A DNA stretch of 64,000 nucleotides, from the NCBI GenBank assembly GCA_013265495.1, contig MU058781.1, positions 10,459,009 through 10,523,008 of the forward strand, in the 5' to 3' direction. The position numbers and the translations under genes were made by a program. Below are positions 24,911-38,307 of this stretch, one piece after another; position 1 is the first letter of the stretch, and the number at the start of each line of letters is the position of its first letter. Origin of the DNA: Vicugna vicugna. Its lineage: Eukaryota. The notes beneath the pieces were generated by a model that was given only the letters and a program-made list of their open reading frames with translations, was not told the origin of the DNA and did not search any database.

Positions 24911-25902
24911 ACTTTATATTTTTCTCTATATAATACATATCACCTATGTAATACATATCCAAATACATACAACATAAAAATTAGGTATACATATATATCA
25001 ATATACAAAATATAATTTATATTAAATAGTAAATAAATTATATTACTTTAATTTTTATATGTTTTATATCCATTTACCTTGTAGATAAAAATTTTAATTT
25101 ACTTTTATACATTTCTTCCACCTGACTCTTCATTTTCCAATAATTACAACTATTAGGATATACCTTTCATGAAAGATTCTCTTTTTCACACCTACTTCTC
25201 AGCCTCTTAGTGTTCAGTTATTTTCTAGAAAATGATAAAGAATAATTACTATGGCGATATTGCTCTTAATGGCTATTAATTCTTCAATATATTTTTGTGT
25301 TTTATGGTAATAAATATAGTACATTGGTATATATGTATTTGGATATAAGAAAAAAGTAATTTTGTGTGTACTTGGCAAACCTCTCATAACTGATAATTCA
25401 GTTCTTTTCTGAGCATGCATATATTGGTGTTGAATAGTATTGGTTTGGCCTAGAAAACTGAATATAATAAAGACATCTAAACCAGAAAAATAATGAAGTC
25501 ATTAAGTAGTGATTAAGTCACCAATAACTATTGAGTTAAAGAAACAGATCTGGGACATGAAAGAGACATTTATTCCATTATGCATTCATTTATTAATTCA
25601 TATTCTCATTCTGTTCCATAAAGATTGATCGAGTTTCTCTTTTTGCCTACAAATGTGCCTGAGAGTGAAGTGTATGAAAGATGCACTAGACTCGGTAAAT
25701 CAATGTTGCTTTCTCACCCGCTCCTACTAAGTTTATTTCTGGACATCAAAGCAGATTCAAAAGAGATGGCCTGTGTTTTCATAACTTGTTATATTTACCA
25801 TATAAATTCAAAATTCATTCATTTAAAAGGAAATATGTATTATATGTGACAGTAATGTAGATTTTTAGAACCAAAGATAACTTAGAAATTATCTTGTTTG
25901 GC

Positions 25903-27062
25903 TAGAAAGTCCAGAAATAAACCCATGCACATATGGTCAATTAATCTATGACAGAGGAGGCAAGAAATATAATGGAGAAAAGACAGTCTCGTCAATAAGT
26001 AGTGCTGAGAAAACTGGACAGCTACCTGTAAAAGACTGAAATTAGAACATTCCTTAACACCATGTACAAAAATAAACTCAAAATGGATTAAAGACCTAAA
26101 TGTAAAACCAGATACTATAAAACTCCTAGAGGAAAACATAGGCAGAACACTCGCAGACATATATTACAGGAATATATTTTTTGAACCAGCTCCTGGAGTA
26201 TTGGAATTAAAAGCAAAAATAAACAAATGGGATCTAATTAAACTTAAAAGTTTTTGCACAACTAAGGATACCATCAACAAAACAAAAAGACAACTTACAG
26301 AATGGGAGAAAATATTTGCAAATGATGTGACTGACAAGGGAATAATTTCCAAAGTATACAAACAGGTCATACACCTTAATATCAAAGAAACAAACAACCC
26401 AATCCAAAAAAAGGGCAGAAGACCTAAACAAGCAATTCTCCAATAAAGACAAACAAATGGCCAATAGGCACATGAAAAAATGCTCAGCATCACTAATTGT
26501 CAGAGAAATGCAGATCAAAACTACAATGAGATATCACTTCACACCAGCCATAATGGCCATCATTGAAAAGTCTACAAATGATAGATGCTGGAGAGGGTGT
26601 GGAGAAAAGGGAATGCTCCTACACTGTTGGTGGGAATGTAGATGGGTGCAACCACTATGGAGGACAGTATGGAGGTTCCTTAAAAAACTGAAAATAGACT
26701 TACCACATGATCCAGCAATCCCATTCCTGTGCATATATCCAGAGAAAAATAAAATTCAAAAACACACATGCACCCCAATGTTCATAACAGCACTATTTAC
26801 AATGGCCAAGATATGGAAGCAACCCAAATGTCCACCAACAGATGACTGGATAAAGAACATGTGGTACATATATACAATGGAACACTACTCAGCCATAAAA
26901 AAGAACAAAATAATGCCATTTGTAGCAATATGGATGGACCTGAAGACTGTCATTCAAAGTGAAGTGGGCTGGAAAGAGAAAGAAAAATGCCATATGACAT
27001 CATTTATGTGAAGAATCTAAAAAATACTACTAATAATAATAAGGACACAAATGAACTAATTT
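25903..27062 (+). mobile_element. LINE-1 ORF2 C-terminal third plus start of 3' UTR, lacking distal 3' UTR and poly(A)
   Basis: ORFs 26201-26446 [17 protein letters not shown] and 26457-27011 [12 protein letters not shown]...[21 protein letters not shown]...[15 protein letters not shown]; frameshifted. Confidence 0.96.
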
Positions 27063-27404
27063 TGATTTCTTAAATATGTGTAAGCTCATTTGACTGTCCT
27101 TTATGATTGGATTACCGCATTCTGTTGATTACTATTCTGTGGTTGGCTTTATTCCTTTGATAACTATGTAAGTTTAAAAAACTGAAGGTATAATCTGTTC
27201 TTAGAAACAATAATTAGTACATATATGAAAACTAAAAAAAGTACAGTATACTGTTTATATGTATTTATATATAATATAATATGTATGTGCAAAACCCCCC
27301 CCAAACCACAAAAAACTCCAGCCACAACAACAAAAAGAAATTATTTTGTTCAATTCCTTTATTTTTTCAGCTTTATAACCTGCTAAGGTTCAGATGCATT
27401 AAGA

Positions 27405-27570
27405 AAAATAGCCTGTACAGTTAGGCTGCCTGGGTTTAATCTAAGACTTTATCATTTATTTTCGTTATTTCCTCAGAAAACTGACTTTGTAAATTAAGTC
27501 TCTAAGTCTCAATGTCTTCACCAAAAAAAATAGGGATATAATTTTCTAGTACTGAGAGTAAATGGAATGC
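27405..27570 (+). mobile_element. MIR SINE (decayed)
   Basis: GGCTGCCTGGGTTTAATC...TCTCTAAGTCTCAATGTCTTCACC...AATAGGGATA. Confidence 0.55.
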
Positions 27571-27739
27571 ACTAGCTCAACAAAGAGTAAACAAACATCA
27601 CTTACTAATAATGAGCTAAATATTACCAGCAGCACCCTTACGGGAGCCCACTTTTTTGATTCAGCCTCAAGGAAAAAAAACTGACTTCAAATCTTTTTGT
27701 GTACATGAAGTAATGATCCTAATCTTCTATACTAGGTGA

Positions 27740-28160
27740 TGTGTGTCAGATTTTATTACTGTCCCCTGTTACATGCTTTCCCTTCTTGTGAGTGAATTAT
27801 ACCCTGAGACAAGGTGGTCAGACGGACTTTGACCAGTGAAATGGGAATGAACCTGACACATATCACTTTTTACAAAATGTCTTAAGAGCTATTGTGCAGG
27901 TTCTTCTTTTTTCTTTTCTTTTGCCATGAGGCCAACATAACCGGGTAGGGGCTGAGACTTACGGATTCAGAATCAAGAATTTTGGAGCAGAATCTCAACT
28001 AACCCATGATGAAGACATATTGTGGTCAAGAAATAAACTGTTGTTGTAAGCTACTGAATTTTCAGGATTTGTATTACCACAAAAAAATAAACTTATATTT
28101 TCTTCTTTCTTCTTTTTTTTTTTTTACTATAGAATAACCTAGTAAAAGCTGATTAATACA
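27740..28160 (+). mobile_element. MLT1J-like solo LTR
   Basis: CTTTGACCAGTGAAATGGGAATGAACCTGACA, AGAAATAAACTGTTGTTGTAAGCTACTGA, ends AGCTGATTAATACA. Confidence 0.75.
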
Positions 28161-28984
28161 GTGAACTACATGTGTTTTTTTGTGCATTGTCTTGCTACTT
28201 ATTTCCATGGCAGCAGTGTCTACAAATCCTGCCAAATATATGGTTGAATGTTGTACATTTTATTTGGCAATTTTATTTTTAAAGTGCTAATCTTCTTTCT
28301 GGATTCAAGGGGAAAATGTGAATGAGTAAGTTTTTTTTTCCAATTTTCATCCCAGATGTTTGGCAACATACAGACAGAATAGAATGTTAATGGTTTTGAA
28401 ACGAATTTAGTGTAGAATGTTAGTCTCATCAGAAAAAAAAAATGTATTTTAAAATAGGAGGAATACGAATTTTCTTCCTGAGGGCAGCACCTCATTCATG
28501 TATTAAGAAGCTTCTTATTTGTCATCTAGTCTAAGTTTATTCAGCTTGTCTCAAGCAAATTTAACTAGATAGATTGTTGAAATACTAGTTATATAATAAC
28601 AGCCAATAAAAATACATATTTTGAGGCTTTTGCAACACTTAGTATTATTAAATTCAAAAAAAGCAGGATGAACATATTATTGTTACAAAATAAGAATACT
28701 GTAAGATTACTTAACCGAAAATCATACTCACCAGAAATTCTTTACAATTGTCCAGTGGAAGTGAGCCTTTATAAAATAATATTTATCTGCTTTGTTTAAT
28801 TTATTTGATAAGCATCTCAGGGGAGAAGCAATAGGGACTTCTAATACCATGGTAGAATCATGTTTCTTAACCTCTGTGTTGGGTATATAGCTATCAAATA
28901 TCTTTTATGCATATTTTAAAATTTCTTTAGCACCTAACAAAACTGTCAAGAGAAGAAATCCACTAAGTTAAAAACTGGAAAATA

Positions 28985-29430
28985 TTGGTTTGATTTTTGA
29001 CGTATAAATTGTGAGTGACAGTATAGCAGGAGCTGCTTCAGAGAAGTGATGCGGGTAGAAGCCAGATTGGAGATGGTTGAGAAAAGAGCAGGGAGTCATA
29101 GAATGAAGACATTCTATGTGCAGCAACAACTTCTTCAAGAAAGGAGATATGGTGGTAAGTGGAAGAGGATGTAGTTTAGAAAAAGGTGTTTATTTGACTT
29201 TATTTTAGTTTGTAGTAAAAGGGGGATTGATACCTGTTTCAAAGCCAATGGGGAAGATCAGTTGAGAGGGAGAGGATACCAAAGAGAGGAAGGAATACGC
29301 AGGAGCAAAGGGTACTTGAGAAGAAGGCAGGAGTGGAATCCATATCATACACAGAAGAAGTCACCTTGGATTGGAAAATACACAGCCTCTTTATTGTAAC
29401 AGGAAGAAGAAAAGAATGTGCATTCTCTCC
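28985..29430 (-). mobile_element. L2 LINE fragment
   Basis: Purine-rich GTAGAAGCCAGATTGGAGATGGTTGAG, CAACTTCTTCAAGAA, AATGGGGAAGATCAGTTGAGAGGGAGAG. Confidence 0.6.
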
Positions 29431-29973
29431 AGAAAGCTAGGAGAGAGATGCCTGCTTTTTGAATTAGAGAAATAGCAAACAGAATGGAAAAGGTGAATGC
29501 AATCAAGAAAAATTTATTAACTACTAATAGGGCTTTGTAACTGCTTAAATATTTTCTTTGGAGGTGGGGCAGTATTTGCAGATAAAAGAAGAATACAGGA
29601 GTAGCTGGACTTTGGGCTTGAAAAGGTGAGTGAAGTATAATGCTATTTGTTATTATTGAGATCTAGGAAAATGTGTAAGTTAGACACTAATCACAACCGG
29701 GGTTCAAACCTGCACAAAAATTCTCCCAGAAACACAGATCAGGACAAGCACACTGTGACTACAGCATAGCTAGTGTGATGGAATGATGAAAAGATCCCAG
29801 AGTCGGGAGATGTGAATTCTGTCTGGTTGCACCAGTACATTATATTGATCTATGTACACCCTGGGTGATCTCACTGTCTTTTTTAGACCTTATCAATTTT
29901 TGTTCCTTCATAATATTTTTATGAGCCTACTGAGAGATTATGTTTGAGAACACCTTTAAAAATCTAAGCTTCT

Positions 29974-30226
29974 AAATAGGGAGAGGGATAAATTAATTTG
30001 AGATTAGTGGATACAAACTGCTACATATAAAATATATAAACAACAAGGTCCTACTGTATAGCACAGGGAATTATATTTCATATCTTATAATATCTTATAA
30101 TAACCTATTATGGAAAAGAATATGAAAAAGAATATATATATTTATATAAACTGAATCTTTTGCTATACACCAGAAACTAACACAGTATTGTAAATTAACT
30201 ACACTTCAAAAAAAAAGGTAAAAAAA
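29974..30226 (+). mobile_element. 5'-truncated LINE-1 3' end with poly(A) and TSD
   Basis: AACAACAAGGTCCTACTGTATAGCACAGGG...TACACCAGAAACTAACAC; TSD AAAAATCTAAGCTTCT 29958-29973 / AAAAATCCAAGCTTCT 30227-30242; canonical TT/AAAA target. Confidence 0.93.
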
Positions 30227-30364
30227 AAAAATCCAAGCTTCTGATTTTTCTTCTAGAAGTATATGGTATTTTTTGGTTTGAACCTGGCAAGATAGTGGTA
30301 AAAAAAAAAAATCAATTGTTTTTGGAACATAGCTCTTTGGTTTAAATAATTTCAGTATTTATTT

Positions 30365-31240
30365 TGTCATTCAATAAAAAATGTATTCAACGTGCAGTCT
30401 GAAACATTTAGCACAAGTAAGTGAAGGTCCTCCAACCCCTGGAAAAAACCTGAACCTTTGAGAGGCTTATGTTCTAATGAGAAGAAAAACATCGGTAAAC
30501 ATAATAAGTAAGTAATAAATAAATGAGGATAGTATGTGTGAAGATAGTAATTATTATGCAAAGATAAAAAGAGCAATGAAGGAGGTCAGGCATGAAGATT
30601 AGCAGTTATATTGTGATCAAAATATGATTATCAGCATGGGCCACATTAAGAAGGTAACAGCTTAGCAGAGATTGAGGGATTTAACCATTTAAATATTTGA
30701 GGGAAAAGGGAAAAGCTGGTGCAAATACCAGAAAAAACATGGCATAGAACAAAAATCAGAGGGACCAAGGAAGAGTAGTAGGTGATGAGGTCAAAGAGAT
30801 AAAGGGGTAACAGTTCATTGGCTGCTTCTTCTAAGTGAGATGGAGATACGGGTAATTTAAGAAGAAGAGAGGCAAGCTGACTTAGGCGTTAGAAAGATCA
30901 CTCCAGCTATTACGTTGAAAGGGTTACTCTATCTGTGGGTGAGGCTGGAGGGCAAGGAGTCCAAGAGAAAAAGATGATAGTTAAGGTAAGAGATGATGGT
31001 GGCTGAACTAAGAAGGTAGCACATTATGGTTCTGGAAACAGGATTTGCTGACACATCAAATGTGGGTGTGAGGGAGAAAGCAAAGTCAAGAATAACTTCA
31101 AGGTATTGGACCTGAGTAACTAGAAAAGTGGAACTGCTGAGATCATCAGGCGAGATGGGGAGACTCTGGGGAGAGTAGGTGTTAAAGAGAGTATGTAGAC
31201 CAAGAAGTCAGCCCTAAATAGTTTAAATTTGATATATCAA
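30365..31240 (-). mobile_element. L2 LINE 3' portion
   Basis: TCATTCAATAAA tail, GTAGGTGATGAGGTCAAAGAG, AAAGATCACTCCAGCT, GTAAGAGATGATGGTGGCT, CAGGATTTGCTGA, GTCAAGAATAACTTCAAGG. Confidence 0.8.
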
Positions 31241-32529
31241 GGCGATGTCCTAGAGGGTTGCCAGCATGGACCATATTGTCAATCTTTCACCTGATATCAC
31301 ACTTCATCTCATTAGTATGTGAAGAAATGGTTCAGTATAGTGTATTTGTGCAGAACATGTATAATTAGTGACTGATTGATGTTCAAATTCTTGATATTCT
31401 ACCAATCTTGTTTTTATTTGTTTGAATGCTTTATGATGGAATAGAAATACCTTACAATATCAAAAAAGCTAACATAGATGGAATGGAAATAGAGCAGAAT
31501 ATCCAAACTTGCTTAAGTCAGTTCTTTCAAAATGTTTAAGGTGCTTGAGTCTTGTCAGAAGAAGCTCTCCATGTTTTTTCTTCAATGTAATTTAGATTTT
31601 AATATTGCTCTGAAATCTCTATCAACATTTTATATCCAAAATTTATTTGCTTCCTATATTGCAGATTTCCAAAATAATTATTCTGTCATTTTGCAATCAA
31701 GAAGAACATTTCAGTGTGTCATAATATAATCATAAACCAGCTAAATAAAGACTAGGCCTAGCCCATGTTTCTCTTATTCTGTAAGTAGGATTAGATTATG
31801 GCTGATGAGGTGGTTAATTTTCATATGCAAGTCAACAGTGATTGCTAGGCAGGTTTATGGGGTGGAAATGCTTACAGACCACTCAGGGACCTTGACTGTA
31901 GGGTGATACGAAATATATTTGCAATATTTTCTCTTAGTTATTTTTATCTACTAGGCTTATAGACCTGTAAATAAAAGTGGCAGATTTCCCCAAAGAATTA
32001 AATTTCAGCTTATGAGTTTATTTTACGGAGCCTCTATTCTACATATACAAGTACTTCAAGTGGTAACATAGGCAAATATAAAGCAACATCCTGTATTATT
32101 CTATTAGTGTATTTTACCACAATTCTGCGGGTACACAAGCTTCAGAGATAGTAAACACCCAAAGTCTTGAAGACTTTACCTTCCAATAAAGTGCTTTTTG
32201 AAAAGCAGTACTGCCTTCCAACCTATAAATACACTGCTACCCTTGAGGGAGCAGAGATTTATCTCTTCTCAATTTACAAGTAAATCCATTGTTAACCCAC
32301 TTCACCTCTTCACCAATAAAGGGCTGATTTATGATCGACAGTCAGTAAGTCCATCTGAGGTGGATTCTACTAAGGGTGAGAAAAGAAGGCCTAAGAAAAC
32401 CTAGTAAACTGTGTGCCCTTGAACGTAGATGAGATGAAGTGAGCTGTATGACACTGCATGGTGTCAATCCTAAGGAAGCACTTGACTGTTGCACATTATA
32501 CCTCTATGATGAGAATAACGATGAAAACC

Positions 32530-32632
32530 AGTGAGTACTCCTTACCTCTTCAAAGGCCTTATCTCCAAGCACAGTCACGCTGGGCATTAGGGCTTCAACA
32601 GGTGACTTTTGAGGGGACACATTTCAGACCAA
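32530..32632 (-). mobile_element. MLT1A-like LTR fragment
   Basis: AAAGGCCTTATCTCCAAGCACAGTCAC...TTAGGGCTTCAACA...TTTTGAGGGGACACATTTCAG. Confidence 0.75.
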
Positions 32633-33489
32633 AATATATTTCCATTCTTATTTGTTATTTTCTGCTATCATTTGTTGTTCCAGAAAACATTCCTATTTCA
32701 CCCCTAATCTCTCAGTTTGCCCCTGGTTAGCTCTTTCTTTCTTGTCCCTAAACTTTCCACACATATTTTATAACCGAAAAACTCTAAAGTTCTGAGGAGA
32801 GGCCCAATAGAAGTCTCGAAGATTTTCTTTGCCTTCAACTTTCATAGACCTTACTTTCCTGCACAGACCAATCTCTCTCCAGGCTCTCAGTCTGGGAATC
32901 CTGCCTCAAGGCAGAGTCTACTATCCTTGCACTTGTCTGACAAGCCCGTGGTCCTTCCACATTAATTAGATCATTGATTGTAGCTTTGTAGGTTGGGCTC
33001 TTAGGCAATATCCCGTCTAGGAGACAAAACTTTTTATTTGTTCCAGCACACTACTAGTATCCATTTATTGAATCTTTCTTTAGAACGGTGTCTTATATGC
33101 ACAAAAGAAATAAGTAGGGTTGCACTGATGTGAACTTGACATAATATTCTCCTAGTTAATACAAGACTGCAAGTATGGTATGTGTTGGGGGAACGCTGGC
33201 TCTGTTTCAAATTCATGGTAGTACGTAACATACAGACCAACCAAAAATAAGTAAGTTGTATTTGATTACTTTCATACTAACCTTTACATTGTGTATTATT
33301 GCTATGTAAGTAAAATAACTAACGTCTCCATAGTGTTTCCAGTTGTGCATTTTTTATTGCTCCTCATAATAATTTTGTGAAGCAATAAACAGACATTAGG
33401 TAGTTATATGACTTAACTAAGATCACACAACTAATACTACTTGAACATACTAAACTTGAACATAATTGATTTAAACTGAAATTGAGTAA

Positions 33490-33700
33490 TTAATTCAGTC
33501 AACATTGACTGCATGCCAGACTCTGGTAATATAACGGTGAGCAAAGAGGCAGAGCTCTGATATGACCCTGCTGGTGGAAAGACAGACACATTTAACCTGA
33601 CCAGCAGGGATTTCTATCAGGCTTTTACTGGCCACAGAAATTAAGACAGTGTGCAGAAATAATGTCATATGGAGGACCAGTAGCTCAGGCAGAGAAAAGC
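33490..33700 (-). mobile_element. L2 3' fragment
   Basis: ATTCAGTCAACATTGACTGCATGCCAGACTCTGG...ACGGTGAGCAAAGAGGCAGA. Confidence 0.5.
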
Positions 33701-36149
33701 ACTCCATTCACAGAGGAGGACCAGAGAATGGTGTAAGAGGTAAAATGAATGAATGAATGAGATGTCCAGTTTGAGGCAGATAACAGAGACAAAACAGAGT
33801 CTGAAGTTTATTGGAAATAACTTCTTATCCTTCTTAGTAAGTGTCATTACAATGAGAGTTCATCGTAACATACACCCAATTTTGAAAAAAAAGTTTATAG
33901 TTTAAAACATATTTTAAGTTTTTATTAACTCTTACTCTTTTGTCTCAGTCTAAGAATCTATGGAATGCTGCACAGACATAGATCCAGACAGTGAACTTCA
34001 ATAGCCTGATTTTGATGTCTGGTTTAAAGCTGCAGAATGTGTGTGTGAGTGTGTGTACTTACTCCATGCCAACAGCCTTGAAGAGTGAAAGACACACACT
34101 ACACTTCCCCTTAGTAGATAATTATCGAGCGTTAGATCTAAACACCACACCCATCTTGAATATATTTATATTCACTACACCTTGGGGTATATATAATATT
34201 CCTCCATTTGTTACTCATTTATTATTATACTACTTTTGTGTATTTCCTGTTGTAAATGTTTTCTTTAAATATCAAGTGTTACCTTCATTCCTATGCAGTT
34301 GTAACACTTGGAACCTAAGTACTTATTTGTTGTCTCTACCTCATTTATTTTTATGGGAAGTACCGGTAACATCAGTTTTCATTTGTACAAGAAAAGCCTT
34401 AGCTTATTCGATGGCCTCACAATTTACCCAGGATCACATCTATTGTTTTCTTTCAGATACAGTTCTATGTTCAGTAATATTTTTATGATTGTTTTATAGA
34501 AGAATCATCAGTGTATTTCTTTATAATTACTTTGCACTGACTTCATTATTACTTTAAAGTTACCGTTCAAATCATCCATTCAATATCATGTTAAATACCT
34601 ACTGTATGTCATCTGTTACTCATGTAATTCAGCACCATGTTGACTTTTCCTCTTTTTTAAAGGATATTTATTTTGTCTTGCCATAGAAGAATCCAGAAGA
34701 TTGAAAGCCCATGTATGCTAGCAAGTAGTTACTAGAAAAGCTTTTTATAATACACGATTCTAACATGCCAGAAGAAAACTGCATTGAAAATGATGTAGTC
34801 TAACTAACAAGAAATACACTTGAAATTGAAAATTAAATATACTTTTGCATATCCTGTTATGCTACTGTGCTTGCCTCATTTGCATGCAAATAAGGGTTCA
34901 ATAACTATTTTAATTGCTATATTCTCCCAAAAGCAAGGGAAGAAGATTCAAAATATATGTATTATTTTGTATGGGGAAGAATGTTAATATTCACCAAATA
35001 ATTACCTAATTTACATAGTGATTAGACTCATCTGCAAAAAGGTATTTTTATAAATATACAAAGAGAACATTAGACGTCATGAAATTTGACAAGTGAAATA
35101 ACAAGCAAATCTAATAAGGAAAATTGTATGCAGGTGAAAGACTTCTAGTACATTATTTTTAATATAACTTTATTACTAATGTCAGAATAATAAGTCAAAT
35201 CCTTAAGCATTCTGTGCATCATATTTGGTAGGTGAGAGGGGAAAAGCAAATATAATATAGTTAAAAAATATTGAACATGATCAAACACATCTGAAAGAGA
35301 TAAATTCCTCAGGGAAGAATTTCCACCTACATAATTTCAAGTGGAGTAATCTATTTTCTAATTAGCAAGGAAAAAATCCCCTGTATATGACCTTGAATTC
35401 TAAAATATTAGCTCAGAGGGAATATTTACAATCCAAAGGCTCAGATGCATAATGAAAATACGGACATGACTTTTACTGTTGTTAAGGTTCTTTTTAAATC
35501 ATTCTTTGGCATAATCAGCCTATGTTGACTGACATTTATAGTATGGAAATTGGCTGGAATACAAATGCAATGGCGTTTGAAATTAGAAAACGCATTACTG
35601 AGGAGGCAGGTTAAATATTTGCGGGGTTTCAAGCTATTTTTCTTGGTAGAACCAATACCTTTGTTCATTTTGATCAAGCTTATATTCTAAATGAGTTTTA
35701 GATATTGAAATCACTTTAGTTCTCTAATGCTGCTTCTTTTGTCATTTTGTATGTAGCTGTTATTCGTTTCAGAGAAATGTACTTTTCAGCTTTCAATATC
35801 TTAAGTGTGATAAAGGAGAGAGGACTGTAGGATTTCAACATGGAGCATTTGTCAGATAGAAATGTATGTTTAGTCGACAACCAAGTACTTGAATCAGTGA
35901 ATAAGCAAACTGTCCTGATTGTAAACAATCTATTCACGTATTTGATTGTGGGTTTACAGCAATCAAGAAACAATACTTATAAGAAGAGTAGTGAGGCTGG
36001 GCAGTGGGACTTGATGAAAAATTCCAGTTCATGATCCTTTGCCCCGTAAGCTGGGACAAGATAGATTCCTGGGCTTCTGAGAGAATACTGAGACACTGTC
36101 TACACTGAACTGGAAACTAAAATTGTAAGGGAGAATACACCAGTGTGAA

Positions 36150-36360
36150 ATGTATCTGTATTTTGGAGTCAGCCAGATCTGAGTTGGAAACATGACTCCT
36201 TCATTCATACATTATCTGATCCTAGGAAATTACCATTCAGAAGTTCAGGTTCACGTAGAGTGAGGCTGACAATAGTTTCTTTCAGGGTTATTGTGAGGAT
36301 TAAATAAGATTTAAAGAGCAGTAAGTCTGTAGAACATGACCAATTTAATAAATAATGGCA
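36150..36360 (+). mobile_element. MIR SINE
   Basis: TTTGGAGTCAGCCAGATCTGAGTTG...CAGGGTTATTGTGAGGATTAAATAAGAT. Confidence 0.75.
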
Positions 36361-36829
36361 AATATAAGTGTTACAAAAGGTCTGAGAGCCTGGAATCCTG
36401 GGATATTTCTCCCTTCAGCAGCTGACTTCTTACCCTTTTGAGATAAAAGGATTCTGATTCTGTGATGGTTTCTCTGGTATGTTTAAGAGAGCTTATATGT
36501 AACATCCACAAAGGCAGAGATCAATCATGCATGTATTTTGTAATGCTAAATTAATGCAACAATGGGAAATAAAACTCTATATGACTATAATGCAGTTACA
36601 AAATGTATATTTACCTACATATTCATTCATATGTGTTCACTGTCCATGAGGTCATGCTAACTCCTGCTATGAGGTTTTATTTTACCTGACACATAGTACC
36701 AACTGAAATTTATTAGAAATGCAAATTTTTAAAAAGTAGAGAATTTAACAAAAGTCTATGAACTTCAGAGTATTCTAGGGCACTGAAGAAATTCCTATGA
36801 TGACAAAAGGGGAAAAAAAGGTGATGCTC

Positions 36830-37190
36830 TAGAGAGTAATCCTTTACAAACTCATCCAAGAATGAGAATTGTGGAAATACCTCCACATAATTCTGTAAGG
36901 CCTTTGTAGCCTTGATATCAAAACCAAAAAAGTACATTGCAGGCCAAACAAAATATTGTCAAGGTGATTCCAGCAGTTTATATATGTGGTGACCAGGTTG
37001 AGTTTTTCCAAAGAATGCAAAGGAGGCTTAGTATTATAAAAATCTATAAATCTGACTCTCCATATTAAAAGACTAAAGGAGAAAACATGCAGATGCTTTA
37101 AAAGCATCTGATATTATTTAACACTCGTAATTTGAATTATTTGCACACTAACATTAAAAGGGAATTTTCTTAACCAAGTAACTGGTACCT
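36830..37190 (+). mobile_element. Ancient L1M ORF2 fragment
   Basis: CCTTGATATCAAAACCAAA, GACCAGGTTGAGTTTTTCCAAAGAATGCAA, CATATTAAAAGACTAAAGGAGAAAAC. Confidence 0.7.
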
Positions 37191-37552
37191 ATAGGCACCT
37201 CAGTAAGGAAGGAAACATTCATAATACAGTGTTAGGACAATTGTTTATTCTAGAAATCTACATTTTGAAAGGCCTGTTTATTCTTTATGATGTATTTGTC
37301 ATAAAACTTAGAGCAAATGGCATAAATTGTCAGCGCTACAGAATCATAATCTCTATAGAGGGGATGTTGCCTGACCCCCTGTCTAACTTAATGAGATGAA
37401 TTCAATTAAAGGAGAAAGAAGCTCATCTATCCCTGTGCTCATAGTCAATGTGAAAAACAAAAAAGATTGTTTTTTCATGTACTTATGTTGATATTGGTTC
37501 TGTGATCTTGCACCTCGATTACTCCTGCTGTCAAAGTAGATAATATTGCTCT

Positions 37553-37730
37553 AGCCCTGGTATTCTGAATGTGGTGGGAGGACAGGCAGCACCAGCATCG
37601 CAGGGGAGCTGATTAAATATGCAGAATCTCAATCAGACTCCACCCCAGACCTTCTAAATCAGAGTCTACATTTTAACAAGGTCCCAGGACATCCATCTGC
37701 ACATTGTAAAGCGTAAAAAATACTGCTTTA
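37553..37730. mobile_element. MER5A hAT-Charlie MITE
   Basis: GGCAGCACCAGCATC..GGGAGCTG..ATGCAGAATCTC..CCACCCCAGACC..AATCAGAGTCTACATTTTAACAAG. Confidence 0.85.
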
Positions 37731-37889
37731 GGTTACTGATCTTCCTGCCGTTAGAAACCCTGTGACGATCATTAATCCCCAGGAAGAGTTTTACTTTTGG
37801 CGTAGACTATATGATATTTACATATATTTTCTGGGGTTTTTTGTTTGTTTGTTTTATCTGAATGAGTGGGAATTTGTTGTCCCCATGAT

Positions 37890-38110
37890 GGTGATATTAA
37901 TAGATAACAATGATTAAGCTAACTGTCCAAGGCAGTGTCCTAAGCGTTTTAGGCGCATTTATCCATTTCATCTTTCCACCTCCCCTGATTGCATTATGCC
38001 ATTCCACAGGAGAAACAGAGACTTTACATCACATGCTCAAGATGAAAGCCGTTAAGATTCAGGATTGGTTGTGGAACCAGGAAATCTGATTCCTTGGCCT
38101 GCAAATATTA
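37890..38110 (-). mobile_element. MIR SINE
   Basis: GTCCAAGGCAGTGTCCTAAGCGTTTT...CCATTCCACAGGAGAAACAGAGAC. Confidence 0.6.
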
Positions 38111-38230
38111 AACTCTCCTAGGTTATCTTTTTAAGAAGATAAATATCTTCTTAAATTTTGATCAGTTTATTTAATGTCTTCTGCTTGTTCCCAACTTATG
38201 TCAGTATATTTAACAAAGTTTAAAAAGTTA

Positions 38231-38307
38231 TTCTTTTTTTAATGGAGGTACTGGGGATTGAACCTTGTGCACACTAAGCACTACCACTGAGCTATATACC
38301 CCACCCC
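38231..38307 (-). mobile_element. Short, internally deleted camelid-type tRNA SINE
   Basis: TTTTAATGGAGGTACTGGGGATTGAACC...CTACCACTGAGCTATATACCCC. Confidence 0.85.

Noticed and set aside
24299..26734. Hydrophobic ORFs such as 24299-24724, 25882-26160 and 26164-26493
   Set aside because: Antisense reading frames of L1 ORF2
33991..34488. 165-aa ORF, the longest non-L1 ORF
   Set aside because: GTG start, T-rich low-complexity codons including a TG repeat, no recognisable domain or splice structure; consistent with chance
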